DNA of 64,000 nt from Acholeplasmataceae bacterium (GCA_963667565.1 OY763415.1:1184001-1248000); one strand, 5' to 3'; counted from the stretch's first letter, positions 38,552-49,676 are shown. The notes: generated by a model from the sequence alone, not told the origin. Made by a program: numbers and translations.

Positions 38552-40243
38552 TTAATTTATATCCTCTAAAATGACATCAATTTTAGTACCATAACCAAGG
38601 GAAGATGTCAAGTGAATATGCCCTTTATATTTTAATACAATATGTTTCACGATAGCTAAACCTAAGCCCGTTCCACCATCAAGACGCCCCTTGTCAACTC
38701 TATAAAATCTCTCGAAAACGCGCTGTTGATGCTCTATACTGATACCAAATCCTTGGTCTTCAATCGAGATCTTAATTTGATTATTTTCTTTGTGTAACAT
38801 AAGGTGTATTTCTTTATCAGGATCACTATATTTAATAGAATTTTCAATTAAATTCTTAAATAACTTTTGAATATCTAATGGATCACAATGCATAAACACT
38901 TCACTTTCGTTTATATTAATATGCATATTTTTATGTTTTATCTGATTTTTTAAACTTTCAATCGTTAATTTTAAAATAGCATTTAAATTTTGTTTTTCAA
39001 ATTGACCACCTTTTAATTGTTCCAATCTTGATAGCATAAGCATATCTTCAACAAGTAAACTCATGTTCATGGTTTGTGTATGAATCGTTGAAGCTGCTTC
39101 AATAATCTCTTTAGGGTCTTTGATTATTTGATGTTCGATTAACTCTGCATTACCACTGATTGCAGTTAGTGGTGATTTTAATTCATGTGAAGCATGAGCA
39201 AAGAAATCACGTTTAACTTGTGATAGTTGTCGCTCTTGCAATACATCTTTTAAAATCACTAATACTGTTGGTTGTTTATTTAAATCGATTTGTCGATAAA
39301 GTTTTATAATTTTTACTTCATAAATAATATCTGAAATAGTTATGTCAAAAGATGCATCAATATGATTGGTATTGGTTGCTTCGATGGCTTCTTTTAACAC
39401 ATGATTTCTTAAAACGGTATAAAGCGGTTTATTTAAATCACTTTTATGTAGGTCAAATAACGCTTTTGCATCATCATTAAAATATGTCACAAAATTATTT
39501 TCATCAAAAAGCAAGACAGCTTGTTTTAACTGATTTAGAACAACATCAAGTTGTTTTTGATATGACTCTACTTGTTTTAAATATTTAGATGTTTCTAAAT
39601 TTACTTGATTCATCTCATATAACAAATCATTAATATCTCCATATTGACTATTTAGACTCATGACTTGATATCTACCTTCATTCAATGCTACCATGCCTTC
39701 TTTAATTTTTTGTAATGGCATAAGCAAATTCTTATTCATTCTGTTTAAACCTAAATAATAAATTGCTGAAATTGCAATTGCACCTATTGCGAGCAAAGTA
39801 ATCACACGATTATAGATGCTTGTTTGTATTTCAAGAGGTACTGATACTCTTAAATATCCACCATCATCAAGTGCTGTGGCCATATATAAAAGTTCAACAC
39901 CAATCGTTGCTGATGTTCTTGAATAAACTTTACCTAAATTAAGTATTTCTGGTCGTTCACTCTTATCTTGTCCAACACCTTCATCATGTGAATCTGCTAA
40001 AACATAACCTTCGCTATCTAATATGGTAATTCTTCGATCAAGATAACTATAAGCACTAACAAATTCTAAAGGTGTTCCATCAAACTGATCATAAGATATT
40101 TCTACTTCATTTAAAATAAATGTCATAAATGCAGTTTTATTTTTATTTTCGAAATAGTATAAAGAAAAAAAAGCGACGATAAAAAATAAAACGAGTGCAC
40201 TTATTAAAAGGATCATGTTATTTCTTACGATAGCTTTTCTCAT
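38552..40243 (-). CDS. phoR: Phosphate regulon sensor histidine kinase
   Basis: Two TMs, PAS-like region, H-box ASHELKSPL, NLIENSIKY, DQGFGI, FERFYRVDK, GTGLGL. Located in the pst operon. Confidence 0.9.
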   Translation of the reverse strand: MRKAIVRNNMILLISALVLFFIVAFFSLYYFENKNKTAFMTFILNEVEISYDQFDGTPLEFVSAYSYLDRRITILDSEGYVLADSHDEGVGQDKSERPEILNLGKVYSRTSATIGVELLYMATALDDGGYLRVSVPLEIQTSIYNRVITLLAIGAIAISAIYYLGLNRMNKNLLMPLQKIKEGMVALNEGRYQVMSLNSQYGDINDLLYEMNQVNLETSKYLKQVESYQKQLDVVLNQLKQAVLLFDENNFVTYFNDDAKALFDLHKSDLNKPLYTVLRNHVLKEAIEATNTNHIDASFDITISDIIYEVKIIKLYRQIDLNKQPTVLVILKDVLQERQLSQVKRDFFAHASHELKSPLTAISGNAELIEHQIIKDPKEIIEAASTIHTQTMNMSLLVEDMLMLSRLEQLKGGQFEKQNLNAILKLTIESLKNQIKHKNMHININESEVFMHCDPLDIQKLFKNLIENSIKYSDPDKEIHLMLHKENNQIKISIEDQGFGISIEHQQRVFERFYRVDKGRLDGGTGLGLAIVKHIVLKYKGHIHLTSSLGYGTKIDVILEDIN

Positions 40244-40902
40244 TGAATGTGATAACCTACACTTCTTACTGTTTTGATACTAATTTTAGCGTCAAAATCA
40301 CTTAATTTTTTTCTTAATGACTTGATATGCATATCAAGTGTTCTTGTTTCACCAATAAAATCGGTGTCCCAAACAGCTTTAAAAATCTGCTCTTTAGTAA
40401 TAACTTCATGTTGATATGTCATAAGCATTTTTAATATGTCATATTCTTTTTGTGTAAAATATACTTCTTGATTATTTACTAAAATAATATGTTTACGATC
40501 ATCAATGATGACATTTTCAATTTGAAGACGTTTGTTATCCTGAATTTTTCTTAGTTTTGCTTGTATTCTCGATGTTAATTCTAAAATACCAAAAGGCTTT
40601 GTCATATAATCATCAGCACCTAAATCAAGTGCTAAGACTTTATCCATTTCACTTTGAAGCGCTGAAATCATCATTATTGGAATTTCTTTATCCATTTTTC
40701 TAATTAATTTCAAAATGTCTAATCCAGAATAATCAGGCAACATAATATCTAAACATATAAGATCTGGTTTATTTTTTCTAAATGCGTCTAAAAAAGCTTC
40801 ACCAGTAGTAAATCCCATACCCTCAATACCAGCATTTTTTAGAGTTTTATCTATAATGTTTGCAATTGCCTGATCATCTTCTACAAAATATACTAATGCC
40901 AT
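40240..40902 (-). CDS. phoP: OmpR/PhoB-family response regulator
   Basis: VEDD, LDIMLP, GADDYMTKPF, winged helix RTLDMHIKSLRKK...TVRSVGY. Confidence 0.88.
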   Translation of the reverse strand: MALVYFVEDDQAIANIIDKTLKNAGIEGMGFTTGEAFLDAFRKNKPDLICLDIMLPDYSGLDILKLIRKMDKEIPIMMISALQSEMDKVLALDLGADDYMTKPFGILELTSRIQAKLRKIQDNKRLQIENVIIDDRKHIILVNNQEVYFTQKEYDILKMLMTYQHEVITKEQIFKAVWDTDFIGETRTLDMHIKSLRKKLSDFDAKISIKTVRSVGYHIQ

Positions 40903-40912
40903 ATTTAATCTC

Positions 40913-41575
40913 CTAAAATAGTGATGTGTTTTTATGCGTTCCTTGATTCATGAAAATAATCCATTCAGCGATATTAACCGCATGATCTCCAACACGTTCA
41001 AAATACTTAGCAACCATTAAAACATAGATGGCTTCATTTGCTTCAATTTTATCATTTTTAATTTCTGTTGTCATTCTATCAATCACTTTTTTAAATAGCT
41101 GATCGACTTCGTCATCTTGTTCTATGACTTTCTTAGCCATTTCTTCATCAACTTTGACTAAAGCTTTAATACTTTGAAGTACCATTTGTTCTACAACTTC
41201 TGCCATTTTAGTTGTAATCGGTAAAACCCTTAAGTTTCTCGTTTCATCTAAATGTAGCGTCATTTCAGCAATATCTGACGCATGATCACCAATACGCTCT
41301 AAATCAGTGATTAATTTTAGTATACCAGTAACGAGTCTTAAATCAGAGGCTAAAGGTTGTTCTTTCCAAATAATTTTTAAAGCCTGCTTAGCAATTTCTT
41401 CTTCATAATTATCAACTTCATCATCAGCTTTAATGACTTTTTTAGCCAAATCAAAGTCTTCAGTTTTAAATGCTTGTAAACCATCTCTTAAATTTTTTAA
41501 TGCTAGATCTGCCATTCCAGCAACATCTTTTTTTAATATTTCAATTGACTCTTGCAAAGATTGTCTGAGTGTCAT
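40913..41575 (-). CDS. phoU: Phosphate signalling protein PhoU
   Basis: QPLASDLR, DLERIGDHA, ERVGDHAVNIAEW. Start at ATG 41575 after GGAGG. Confidence 0.93.
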   Translation of the reverse strand: MTLRQSLQESIEILKKDVAGMADLALKNLRDGLQAFKTEDFDLAKKVIKADDEVDNYEEEIAKQALKIIWKEQPLASDLRLVTGILKLITDLERIGDHASDIAEMTLHLDETRNLRVLPITTKMAEVVEQMVLQSIKALVKVDEEMAKKVIEQDDEVDQLFKKVIDRMTTEIKNDKIEANEAIYVLMVAKYFERVGDHAVNIAEWIIFMNQGTHKNTSLF

Positions 41576-41585
41576 ATAAATCCTC

Positions 41586-42341
41586 CTATCCAAATCTTCC
41601 TGTAATATAATCTTCAGTCTTTTGCTCTGTTGGTGTTGAAAACATTTTTGCAGTATCATCAAATTCAATAAGTTCACCAAGCAAAAAGAATGCAGTTTTA
41701 TCAGATATACGTGCTGCTTGTTGCATGTTATGTGTAACAATAACAATCGTATAGTCTTTCTTTAATTCTACAATTAAATCTTCAATTTTTGAAGTAGAAA
41801 CTGGATCAAGTGCTGAAGTTGGCTCATCCATGAGAATGACTTCTGGCTTCATAGCGATCGTTCTAGCTATACATAATCTTTGTTGTTGCCCACCAGATAA
41901 TGCAAGTGCTGAGTCTTTTAATCGATCTTTAACTTCATCCCATAAAGCAGCTTGTTTTAATGAAGTCTCAACAATTTCATCTAAATCTGCTTTCTTCTTT
42001 AATCCCTGACATCTAGGACCATAGGCAATGTTATCATAAATACTCATTGGAAATGGGTTTGGTTTTTGAAACACCATACCTACTTTGATTCGTAAATCAA
42101 TCACATCAAATTTATCTTGATAAATATCATCATTTTGATATCTTATATCGCCATTGATTTTACAAACTTTAATCAAATCATTCATTCGATTAAGACTTCT
42201 TAATAACGTTGATTTACCACAACCAGAAGGTCCAATTAGTGCTGTAATTTGTTTTTCAGGAATATCCATATTGATATTAAATAGTGCTTGTTTTTCACCA
42301 TAAAACAAATTCATATCTTTTATTTTAAATATATTATCCAT
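41586..42341 (-). CDS. pstB: Phosphate ABC transporter ATPase
   Basis: [42 protein letters not shown]. Confidence 0.96.
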   Translation of the reverse strand: MDNIFKIKDMNLFYGEKQALFNINMDIPEKQITALIGPSGCGKSTLLRSLNRMNDLIKVCKINGDIRYQNDDIYQDKFDVIDLRIKVGMVFQKPNPFPMSIYDNIAYGPRCQGLKKKADLDEIVETSLKQAALWDEVKDRLKDSALALSGGQQQRLCIARTIAMKPEVILMDEPTSALDPVSTSKIEDLIVELKKDYTIVIVTHNMQQAARISDKTAFFLLGELIEFDDTAKMFSTPTEQKTEDYITGRFG

Positions 42342-42349
42342 AGTTAACC

Positions 42350-43579
42350 TCACTTATTAAATCTTTTCATAAATCTAAATGTTAATAATTTAACAATCAT
42401 ATTAAGTATTAATACAACTGCTAGGATGATGATTGCTATTGTTGATGATAATGCAACATTAGGAATTTCAGCAGCCATGGCTGACCATATATGAACTGCT
42501 AGTGTTGTACCATTACTTGTTAGACTTACTTGATCTTTAACCACAACACCAATTGCAAATATTAATGCTGCTGATTCTCCAATGACTCTACCAATTGCTA
42601 ATAATGCTGCCGATAAAATACCTGGAGTTGCATTTGGTAACATAATTTTAAACGTGGTTTGTGTTTTATTTGCACCAAGTGCAAGTGATGCTTCTTTATA
42701 TTCTTTTGGTACAACATCAAGCGCTGTATCAGTTGCTTTAATAATAACTGGTAATACAATAACTGACATCGTCAATGCACCAGAAATTAAAGAACCACCA
42801 GTCACAACATCTGATCCAAACATTTTTATAACAAGAGGAACGAAAAATGCTGCTCCCATCAAACCATATACAATTGACGGGATACCAGTAAGCATATCTA
42901 TAAGACTTCTCATGATATCAACAATTTTATTTTGAGGTGCAATCTCATGCATATATAGTGAAGTGATGACACCAATTGGCATCGCAATCACAAGCGTTAA
43001 AGCAACGATATATAAAGTCACAATAATTGATCCTCTAATCCCTCCACCGGCTGTTGAAATTGGCAATGTTGAAAATGAAACAGCCATATCAAATGTTTGA
43101 CTTACTGTCTCAGCTCCGTCACTTGGATAGTAAGCAACTCTATTACCATCTATATCATAAATAAATCCTGCACTATTAATTAAATCACCTGCAACAATAG
43201 GTCGAACTTCACCTGAACTACTGTCAATTAATTGCTTTAATGGTGAGTCTTCATCAACATATGCAATTTTAATAAGTTTCTTACCTTCTAAAGATTTAGT
43301 ATCTTCTAAGACAATACCTAATCTTTGTGAAAAATACTGACCATCTTGCAACTCAGGTGCTGTAAATGAATAAGTTGTATAATCCACATGATCTAAAGAC
43401 TTAAGTGTGGATATCACAGTCGCATTATCACCTGTAATAATATCCCAATTTAATAATTGTAATCCTCTATCAAAAATGAAGAATAATATAGCACCAAGAA
43501 TAAGTACTGAAATCAATGAAGCTAAATATGTCACTGTTTTTGATATTGAATCAATGACTTTTCTATATTTATGTCGCAT
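42350..43579 (-). CDS. pstA: Phosphate ABC transporter permease PstA with inserted extracellular domain
   Basis: [34 protein letters not shown]. Confidence 0.92.
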   Translation of the reverse strand: MRHKYRKVIDSISKTVTYLASLISVLILGAILFFIFDRGLQLLNWDIITGDNATVISTLKSLDHVDYTTYSFTAPELQDGQYFSQRLGIVLEDTKSLEGKKLIKIAYVDEDSPLKQLIDSSSGEVRPIVAGDLINSAGFIYDIDGNRVAYYPSDGAETVSQTFDMAVSFSTLPISTAGGGIRGSIIVTLYIVALTLVIAMPIGVITSLYMHEIAPQNKIVDIMRSLIDMLTGIPSIVYGLMGAAFFVPLVIKMFGSDVVTGGSLISGALTMSVIVLPVIIKATDTALDVVPKEYKEASLALGANKTQTTFKIMLPNATPGILSAALLAIGRVIGESAALIFAIGVVVKDQVSLTSNGTTLAVHIWSAMAAEIPNVALSSTIAIIILAVVLILNMIVKLLTFRFMKRFNK

Positions 43580-44495
43580 AATATCTACTCATCCTTTTCT
43601 TAACAGCGTTTAGAATAAAATTAGTAATCAAAATAACGACAATTAAGACAATACCAATAGAAAATCTAATATCGTAATCTAGGCCTGTTGTTTCTTTGAT
43701 ACCAATCAAAATCGTTGATGTTAATGTTCTTGTTGTATCAAATAAACCAAATGATGGTCCGCTACCTGCGTTACCTGAAACCAATGAGACTGCAGTCGCT
43801 TCTCCAAGTGCTCTACCGACACCTAAAATAATCCCTGCAAATATCCCAGGTTTTGCAGCTTGGATACTAATCTTAAAATATGTTTGAGTTTCACTAGCTC
43901 CTAAAGCGAGTGACCCTTCTTCAATATTGCTTGGTACTGATTTAATCGCAGTCACAGATAGCATCGTAACAGTCGGTAAAATCATCATGGTTAAAACAAT
44001 TACAGTGGATAATGTGGATAGTCCCCCAGCTGTGGACACACCAAACATTGATGCTAATGCTTTAACACCAATAACGACATAACCACTACCAAAAACACCA
44101 AAGATGATAGATGGTATCGCGGCTAAAACTTCAACAACTGTATTTAAAATACCACCTATCCATTTATATGACATCTTCACAATAAAAAGTGCTGTCAAAA
44201 CGGCAATAGGTGTTGTTAATAATATAGATAAGAAGACAACATAAAGCGTGTCAATAATCACAAATCCAATTCTATATAGGGGCGCGTAATAACTGGTTCC
44301 GCTTATGAACAAGAAAAAGTTTACTGTTGTTCCATCATAATCATGGAAAAAAGGACGCACACCGCGCCCTGAAATTTCTCCTATGATTAAGATGATCATT
44401 GAAGCGGAAATGATTGTTGCTATTAATAAAACTATGGTAACAATTTTATTAACAATTTCATGTCGTTTCCTAATTGAACTCTTAATACTAGACAT
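43569..44495 (-). CDS. pstC: Phosphate ABC transporter permease PstC
   Basis: LAAIPSIIFG, EGSLALGA, GRALGEATAV. Confidence 0.92.
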   Translation of the reverse strand: MSSIKSSIRKRHEIVNKIVTIVLLIATIISASMIILIIGEISGRGVRPFFHDYDGTTVNFFLFISGTSYYAPLYRIGFVIIDTLYVVFLSILLTTPIAVLTALFIVKMSYKWIGGILNTVVEVLAAIPSIIFGVFGSGYVVIGVKALASMFGVSTAGGLSTLSTVIVLTMMILPTVTMLSVTAIKSVPSNIEEGSLALGASETQTYFKISIQAAKPGIFAGIILGVGRALGEATAVSLVSGNAGSGPSFGLFDTTRTLTSTILIGIKETTGLDYDIRFSIGIVLIVVILITNFILNAVKKRMSRYYAT

Positions 44496-44506
44496 AACTT
44501 AACAGG

Positions 44507-45472
44507 TTAAGCTAATTCTGACCACTTAGTGATTGCCCCTTCATATAGTGATTTAAGTTGAGCAGCTGTAATATTTGTAATTGTAGTATTTGCATTGTTA
44601 ACAACAGCAACTACAGCATCCCAAGCTAATTGACCATATGAACCATTAACTGCAGTTAATTCATCTCCTGAGAAAGATCTTGAAGCAAATCCAATATCTA
44701 AACCAGCAGCAGCATCTTCTTTATCTGCACCTTGAACTCCATCATAAGCAGCACCTGAACCAACATGATTATGTTCAGCGATGAAACCTACTGTTTGTCC
44801 ACTTTCAGCTAATAATGAAGCGAATGCAGCACTTAATGCTTTAGCGATTGATTCAACTGAAGTTGAACCACCAAATTTAACAACAACACTACTTGTGTCT
44901 TGTGCAACTACTGGGTAGTTTGCTTTGACATCATCCCATGATTGATCAGCAGATGATGTTGATACAATACCACCATGATCTTTAATGATTGCTTTTCCAT
45001 CTGATGTTTCCATGAATGCTACAAATGCTTCAACAATTAAATTTGCTGTTGCATGTGAAGTTTGAGTTTCAGATGCTGCATCTCTAGTCATATACATAAA
45101 TGGACGTTTTAAACCATAAGTGTCATTTAATACGTTTGCTTCACTAGCAACAACACCTTCATATGATAAACCAGTTAATGTATCATCTAGTGCTGATAAT
45201 GAAATATATCCTAAACCGTATTCGTCGTTAGCAACTGCAGTCATCATTGCAGCGTTTGCTGCTACTTCAACATATGATGATACTAATACACTGTTATCAT
45301 CAACTGCATCACTAAAATCGATACCTTTGAAAAATGCTTCTCTAGTTCCTGATGTTGTATCACGTGTATATACGTTAACTGTTGACTCAGGATCAAATGC
45401 GTCTGCAGTGTTACATGCAGCTAAACTAACTAATCCAACTAAAACCAATGCGAATATTGCTATTTTCTTCAT
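44507..45472 (-). CDS. pstS: Phosphate-binding lipoprotein PstS, permuted domain order
   Basis: Lipobox LAAC, TRDTTSGTREAF, GYISL, RPF, GSTSV, GSG, DIGFASR. Start at ATG 45472 after AGGAG. Confidence 0.9.
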   Translation of the reverse strand: MKKIAIFALVLVGLVSLAACNTADAFDPESTVNVYTRDTTSGTREAFFKGIDFSDAVDDNSVLVSSYVEVAANAAMMTAVANDEYGLGYISLSALDDTLTGLSYEGVVASEANVLNDTYGLKRPFMYMTRDAASETQTSHATANLIVEAFVAFMETSDGKAIIKDHGGIVSTSSADQSWDDVKANYPVVAQDTSSVVVKFGGSTSVESIAKALSAAFASLLAESGQTVGFIAEHNHVGSGAAYDGVQGADKEDAAAGLDIGFASRSFSGDELTAVNGSYGQLAWDAVVAVVNNANTTITNITAAQLKSLYEGAITKWSELA

Positions 45473-45536
45473 TATAATGTCTCCTTTTTTGTTCTTCACA
45501 TTCATTATATTGAAATTTGTCTACACAAAATACCAA

Positions 45537-45569
45537 TGATTAGTAATACTTATGTAAAATTTAAGTAAA
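45537..45569 (-). promoter_or_regulatory. Putative Pho box (11-bp direct repeats)
   Basis: Minus strand TTTACTTAAAT TTTACATAAGT ATTACTAATCA, upstream of a TATAAT (45504-45509) that lacks a good -35. Confidence 0.55.
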
Positions 45570-45593
45570 TGTCAATTTGTTTATTTTAAAAAC

Positions 45594-45623
45594 AAAAAAA
45601 CACTCTCAAATGAAAGTGTTTTT
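45594..45623 (-). terminator. Terminator after corA
   Basis: AAAACACT-ctcaaatgaa-AGTGTTTT with A/T tracts. Confidence 0.65.
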
Positions 45624-45641
45624 ACATTAAAATTTACAAAA

Positions 45642-46655
45642 CTAAAACCATTTCTTCTTTTTGAAAAAGAATAACATACCTAATGCGATTAATAAAAATA
45701 ATACTGTAAAGATAATGACTGCATATTTTTGGTCTAAAATACCAAAATCATGAAAGTTCATCCCAAAGTATCCTGTCATAAAAGATAGAGGAATAAAAAT
45801 AGCTGAAAATAATGTTAAAGTTCTCATGATTTGATTCATCTTAGTTGATTGATTATTCATATGAAGATCAAGTAACTGACGCATCATATCTCTTGATTGA
45901 TTGAGTTTGACATCTAGTCTTTGTAAATGGTCTACTAAATCTTCAAAATAAGATTGATGTTCAGTATGCATAAGTGGTAATTTTCTAAGTAGCAATTTAT
46001 CTAATTGTTCATACATCGGTGAAATAATGTTTTTGAGTTGTAACATTTGCTTTCTTATTAAATAGAATGCTTCTTGTTCCATATCTTTTGATTCTAAAAT
46101 TTCTTCTTCAAATAATGTCATTTTACGATCAAGTGATTCAAACACATCTAAATGTTCATCAGTAATCATATCTAGAATGTGATAAAACAATAAATCGACA
46201 GAATGTGATTTGACTTCTTGATACTCTTTTAATAATGGAATGAGTGCATCTAGATATTCCGGTTTTGTTTCATGAAATGTAAGTACTGTGTTTTCTAAAT
46301 ATAACATACTCATGTAATCTTTTTTAATTTTATGTTCTTGATCAAAATATAAAACTGTAAAGGAACTAAATATATAGTTCTCCTTATATTCAAATTTATT
46401 TCTTTGATTCACACTTAAAATATCTTCCATAATAAATGGTTCAATTTGAAACATTGCCTGAATTTCCTTGAGCTTATCTAAATCGTTGAGCCCAACCACT
46501 TGAATGTAATTTTTAGAATCTTGTTTTTCTTGTAATTGATCATTTTCAATAAATACTTTTTCTGAATATTGATAATGATAAATTTTTGTTTGAACATTTT
46601 GAATTTGACCTTTATATATAAATGATTTAGGTTTATAGTATCTATCTAATTTCAC
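45642..46655 (-). CDS. corA: Magnesium/cobalt transporter CorA
   Basis: MNQIMRTLT, PLSFMTGYFGMNF signature, C-terminal KKKKWF. Confidence 0.93.
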   Translation of the reverse strand: MKLDRYYKPKSFIYKGQIQNVQTKIYHYQYSEKVFIENDQLQEKQDSKNYIQVVGLNDLDKLKEIQAMFQIEPFIMEDILSVNQRNKFEYKENYIFSSFTVLYFDQEHKIKKDYMSMLYLENTVLTFHETKPEYLDALIPLLKEYQEVKSHSVDLLFYHILDMITDEHLDVFESLDRKMTLFEEEILESKDMEQEAFYLIRKQMLQLKNIISPMYEQLDKLLLRKLPLMHTEHQSYFEDLVDHLQRLDVKLNQSRDMMRQLLDLHMNNQSTKMNQIMRTLTLFSAIFIPLSFMTGYFGMNFHDFGILDQKYAVIIFTVLFLLIALGMLFFFKKKKWF

Positions 46656-46667
46656 TTTATACCTTCT

Positions 46668-47555
46668 TTACTGATTCATTTTTTTAATCATATTTCTATA
46701 TGCTAAGTATAGCATGAGACAAGCAAATACAACAATACCAACGAATATCCAAGGCATTGAGATATCTAATCCAAATACACCAATAGGCATCATTCCGTAA
46801 TCTTCTTTAATGGCTAACATCGTCGCTTCATCATTTATATATGTAGATAATGTTGCCATAGGTGCTTCAAGTAATACTGTTTTAAGAAGAATAGCCATAT
46901 GCGTAAATGGAACAATAGATGCGATATTTTTAACTGAATTTCCTAATATCGTAAGTGGCATATAAATACCACTGACAAAACCTACAAATGTACCTAATAC
47001 ACCAGAAAGTGTACCAAATGCATTGACTGATTTAAGTAGCGTAGTGATATAAATCATGATTGATGAAGAAATAAATGTAAAAAATATGAGTAATCCACTC
47101 GTTTTTAAAATCACTGATAAACTATACCATGTGTCATTTAATAAACCTGCATAAAGGATAGTAACAACCCACATCAATATAGAAAGTGCACTTGTTACGA
47201 TGTTTGCTGCTAAATAATAACTCAAGATAATTTTATAACGTTTGGTTGGTGTCACTAAAAAAGCATCTAATGCATGATTGTTTAAGTCTTCAATGATATT
47301 GCCCATCATCCCTAATGATAAAGACATTGAATTGATTACCAAAACACCACCCATCATCACACCAATGACGAGCATTGATTTTAATGATTCATCTGTAAGT
47401 TGTTGCATACCACCATAACTGGTATATGATTTTCCAATAAACAAAAAATAGAGTGCAATTAAAATAAACACACTTAAGAATGAAAAGAAAACCGCTGTTT
47501 TGTCTCTTAAAAAGCGAATCATGTGTCTTTTAATGAGTGAAATGATCTCAAACAT
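46668..47555 (-). CDS. ABC-2 type exporter permease
   Basis: RFLRDK, AFLVTP, FVSGIYMP, six TMs. Adjacent ATPase. Confidence 0.85.
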   Translation of the reverse strand: MFEIISLIKRHMIRFLRDKTAVFFSFLSVFILIALYFLFIGKSYTSYGGMQQLTDESLKSMLVIGVMMGGVLVINSMSLSLGMMGNIIEDLNNHALDAFLVTPTKRYKIILSYYLAANIVTSALSILMWVVTILYAGLLNDTWYSLSVILKTSGLLIFFTFISSSIMIYITTLLKSVNAFGTLSGVLGTFVGFVSGIYMPLTILGNSVKNIASIVPFTHMAILLKTVLLEAPMATLSTYINDEATMLAIKEDYGMMPIGVFGLDISMPWIFVGIVVFACLMLYLAYRNMIKKMNQ

Positions 47556-48453
47556 GTGCATCATCTCCAATCACGTGAATAAAGACATCATCCATAGTCC
47601 CTTTTATTACTTCAAAACTTTTCGTATATGGTCTTAATTGATTAAGTAAATCAAAAGTTTCTTCGGTTTCACTTACTTTAATGATAAATTGGTCTGCAAT
47701 TTTATCAAAACTGATTTGTTCTTTATTTAAAAAAGATAATAGTTCTTCTTTATGTTTAGCAACAACTTTGATTCTGTCAAAACTATATTGATCTTTTAAA
47801 GTTGCAGGTGTACCTTGTGTAATAATTTTTCCATGATTAATAATAATAACATGGTCAGCATTAGCAGCTTCTTCCATGTAATGAGTCGTTAAAAAGATAG
47901 TTAACCCTTTTTCTGATCTTAAGTGATCGATGACTTTCCAAACGACTTGTCGTGTCTCTGGATCAAGTCCTGTTGTTGGTTCATCTAAAAGTAGAAGTTC
48001 AGGATTAGAGAATAGAGCTCTTGCGATTTCTACTCTTCTTTTTTGTCCACCAGACAGTGTTTTAAATTTTTGATGTTCAAATGCTTCAAAATCCAAATAA
48101 GATTTTAATTCTTCATAGCGAGTTGTCACATCTTTTGGGTTATTTAAATATAAACTGCCTCTTAATATTAGATTTTCCTTCACAGTAAGTAAATCATCTA
48201 AAACATTATTTTGAAATACAACACCAATCTTACTTCTAAAATAGTTTGCATCACTCTTATCATTTAATAAAATACTACCCTCATCTTTTTTAAGCAGTGT
48301 AGTAATCATATTAATTGTTGTGGATTTACCTGCACCATTTGGCCCAAGAAATGCAAAAAGACTACCTCTTTTAACTTCAAAAGAAATACGATCAACTGCT
48401 TTTAATTCTTTATATGATTTTGAAACATCATTTACTTTTAATATTGCGTCCAT
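47548..48453 (-). CDS. ABC exporter ATPase (DrrA-like)
   Basis: GPNGAGKSTT, LSGGQ, LLLDEPTTGLD, TTHYMEEA. Confidence 0.92.
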   Translation of the reverse strand: MDAILKVNDVSKSYKELKAVDRISFEVKRGSLFAFLGPNGAGKSTTINMITTLLKKDEGSILLNDKSDANYFRSKIGVVFQNNVLDDLLTVKENLILRGSLYLNNPKDVTTRYEELKSYLDFEAFEHQKFKTLSGGQKRRVEIARALFSNPELLLLDEPTTGLDPETRQVVWKVIDHLRSEKGLTIFLTTHYMEEAANADHVIIINHGKIITQGTPATLKDQYSFDRIKVVAKHKEELLSFLNKEQISFDKIADQFIIKVSETEETFDLLNQLRPYTKSFEVIKGTMDDVFIHVIGDDAHV

Positions 48454-48467
48454 ATGCAACCCCCTCT

Positions 48468-49220
48468 TTATGGTTTAATAGCTAATGTAGCATAAAATGT
48501 TGGTATATGTAGTTTAGATAAATAACCTTCAATATTGTAGTCTTCATATATATCTTTAATGATAAATCCTGCTTTTAATTGACCACCGATTTGATCTTCT
48601 AACGTATGTGAAAATTGTATCCCACCATCAAAACTATCTAAAAATGCTTTTTGTTCTGGGTTTTTTAAAGGATTGTATGGGAATTTATGAATGATCGTTT
48701 TTTCATCTTCTCCGACCATGAAATTTACACCATTATCTAATCCTGATAACAATCTTCCACCTTTTTTTAGAACTCTAAAGGCTTCTTTAAAAACTGATTG
48801 AACATCTTCCATATAAACATTTGAAACTGGATGGAAAATCAAATCGAATGATTCATCTTCAAATGGTAATCGTTCCGTGACATCACCTTTTACAATATCA
48901 ATGTGATAGCCTTCTCTTTGCGAAACCATGCGTTCACTTTCAAGTTGTTTTGAAGACATATCGATAATCGTTACTTTAGCACCTAACGCAGCAAATATAG
49001 GCATTTGTTGTCCACCACCACTTGCAAGTCCTAAAATATGAATATCCTTAAATGGTAAAAACCAATGTTTAGGAACAGGGATTGAAGGCGTTAAAACAAC
49101 TTCAAAATTTCCTTGTTGTGCTTTTAGGTAAGTTTCATGAGAAATAGGAACACCCCACTCCCAACCTTCATCAACCCATCGATCAATTGTATTTGAGTTA
49201 TCTATAACATATTTTTTCAT
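48468..49220 (-). CDS. Class I SAM-dependent methyltransferase
   Basis: ILGLASGGGQQ, IDMS, LPFEDESFDLI, RVLKKGG. Confidence 0.88.
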   Translation of the reverse strand: MKKYVIDNSNTIDRWVDEGWEWGVPISHETYLKAQQGNFEVVLTPSIPVPKHWFLPFKDIHILGLASGGGQQMPIFAALGAKVTIIDMSSKQLESERMVSQREGYHIDIVKGDVTERLPFEDESFDLIFHPVSNVYMEDVQSVFKEAFRVLKKGGRLLSGLDNGVNFMVGEDEKTIIHKFPYNPLKNPEQKAFLDSFDGGIQFSHTLEDQIGGQLKAGFIIKDIYEDYNIEGYLSKLHIPTFYATLAIKP

Positions 49221-49313
49221 GCTTCACCTCAATATATAGTGTTATTTTACCATGATATATATTGAAATTTTATAAATTATATGTAAACAATCATTGATGT
49301 GATATAATAAAAT

Positions 49314-49340
49314 CACTTTAGGACACTAAAGAGCAAAAGC
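49314..49340 (+). promoter_or_regulatory. Putative YerC/TrpR-family operator upstream of its own gene
   Basis: CACTTTA-N6-TAAAGAG just after an extended -10 TGATATAAT (49300-49308). Confidence 0.6.
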
Positions 49341-49352
49341 GAGGTGCAATGT

Positions 49353-49649
49353 ATGGCTTATCAATCAAAATTTGCAAATAAAGAAATTGAATCATTGTTT
49401 AATGCGATTATATCGTTAGAATCAATCGAAGAATGTTATCGTTTTTTTGAAGATGTCTGCACAATTAAAGAAATACAGGATATGGCACAACGTTTTGAAG
49501 TGGCAGAGATGCTATTCAATAAAGATCCATATCAAATGATTACTTCTAAAACAAAAGCATCTACTGCAACTATTTCACGAGTATCTAAATCTTTAACATA
49601 CGGTGCTGACGGTTATAAACTTATATTTGATAAACAAAAAGGCAAGTAA
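49353..49649 (+). CDS. YerC/YecD TrpR-related repressor
   Basis: EECYRFFEDVCT-x-x-E, QRFEVA, ASTATISRV, YGADGY. Confidence 0.9.
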   Translation: MAYQSKFANKEIESLFNAIISLESIEECYRFFEDVCTIKEIQDMAQRFEVAEMLFNKDPYQMITSKTKASTATISRVSKSLTYGADGYKLIFDKQKGK

Positions 49650-49676
49650 AAATTGTCTTTTTTTACTTTTTATTAA

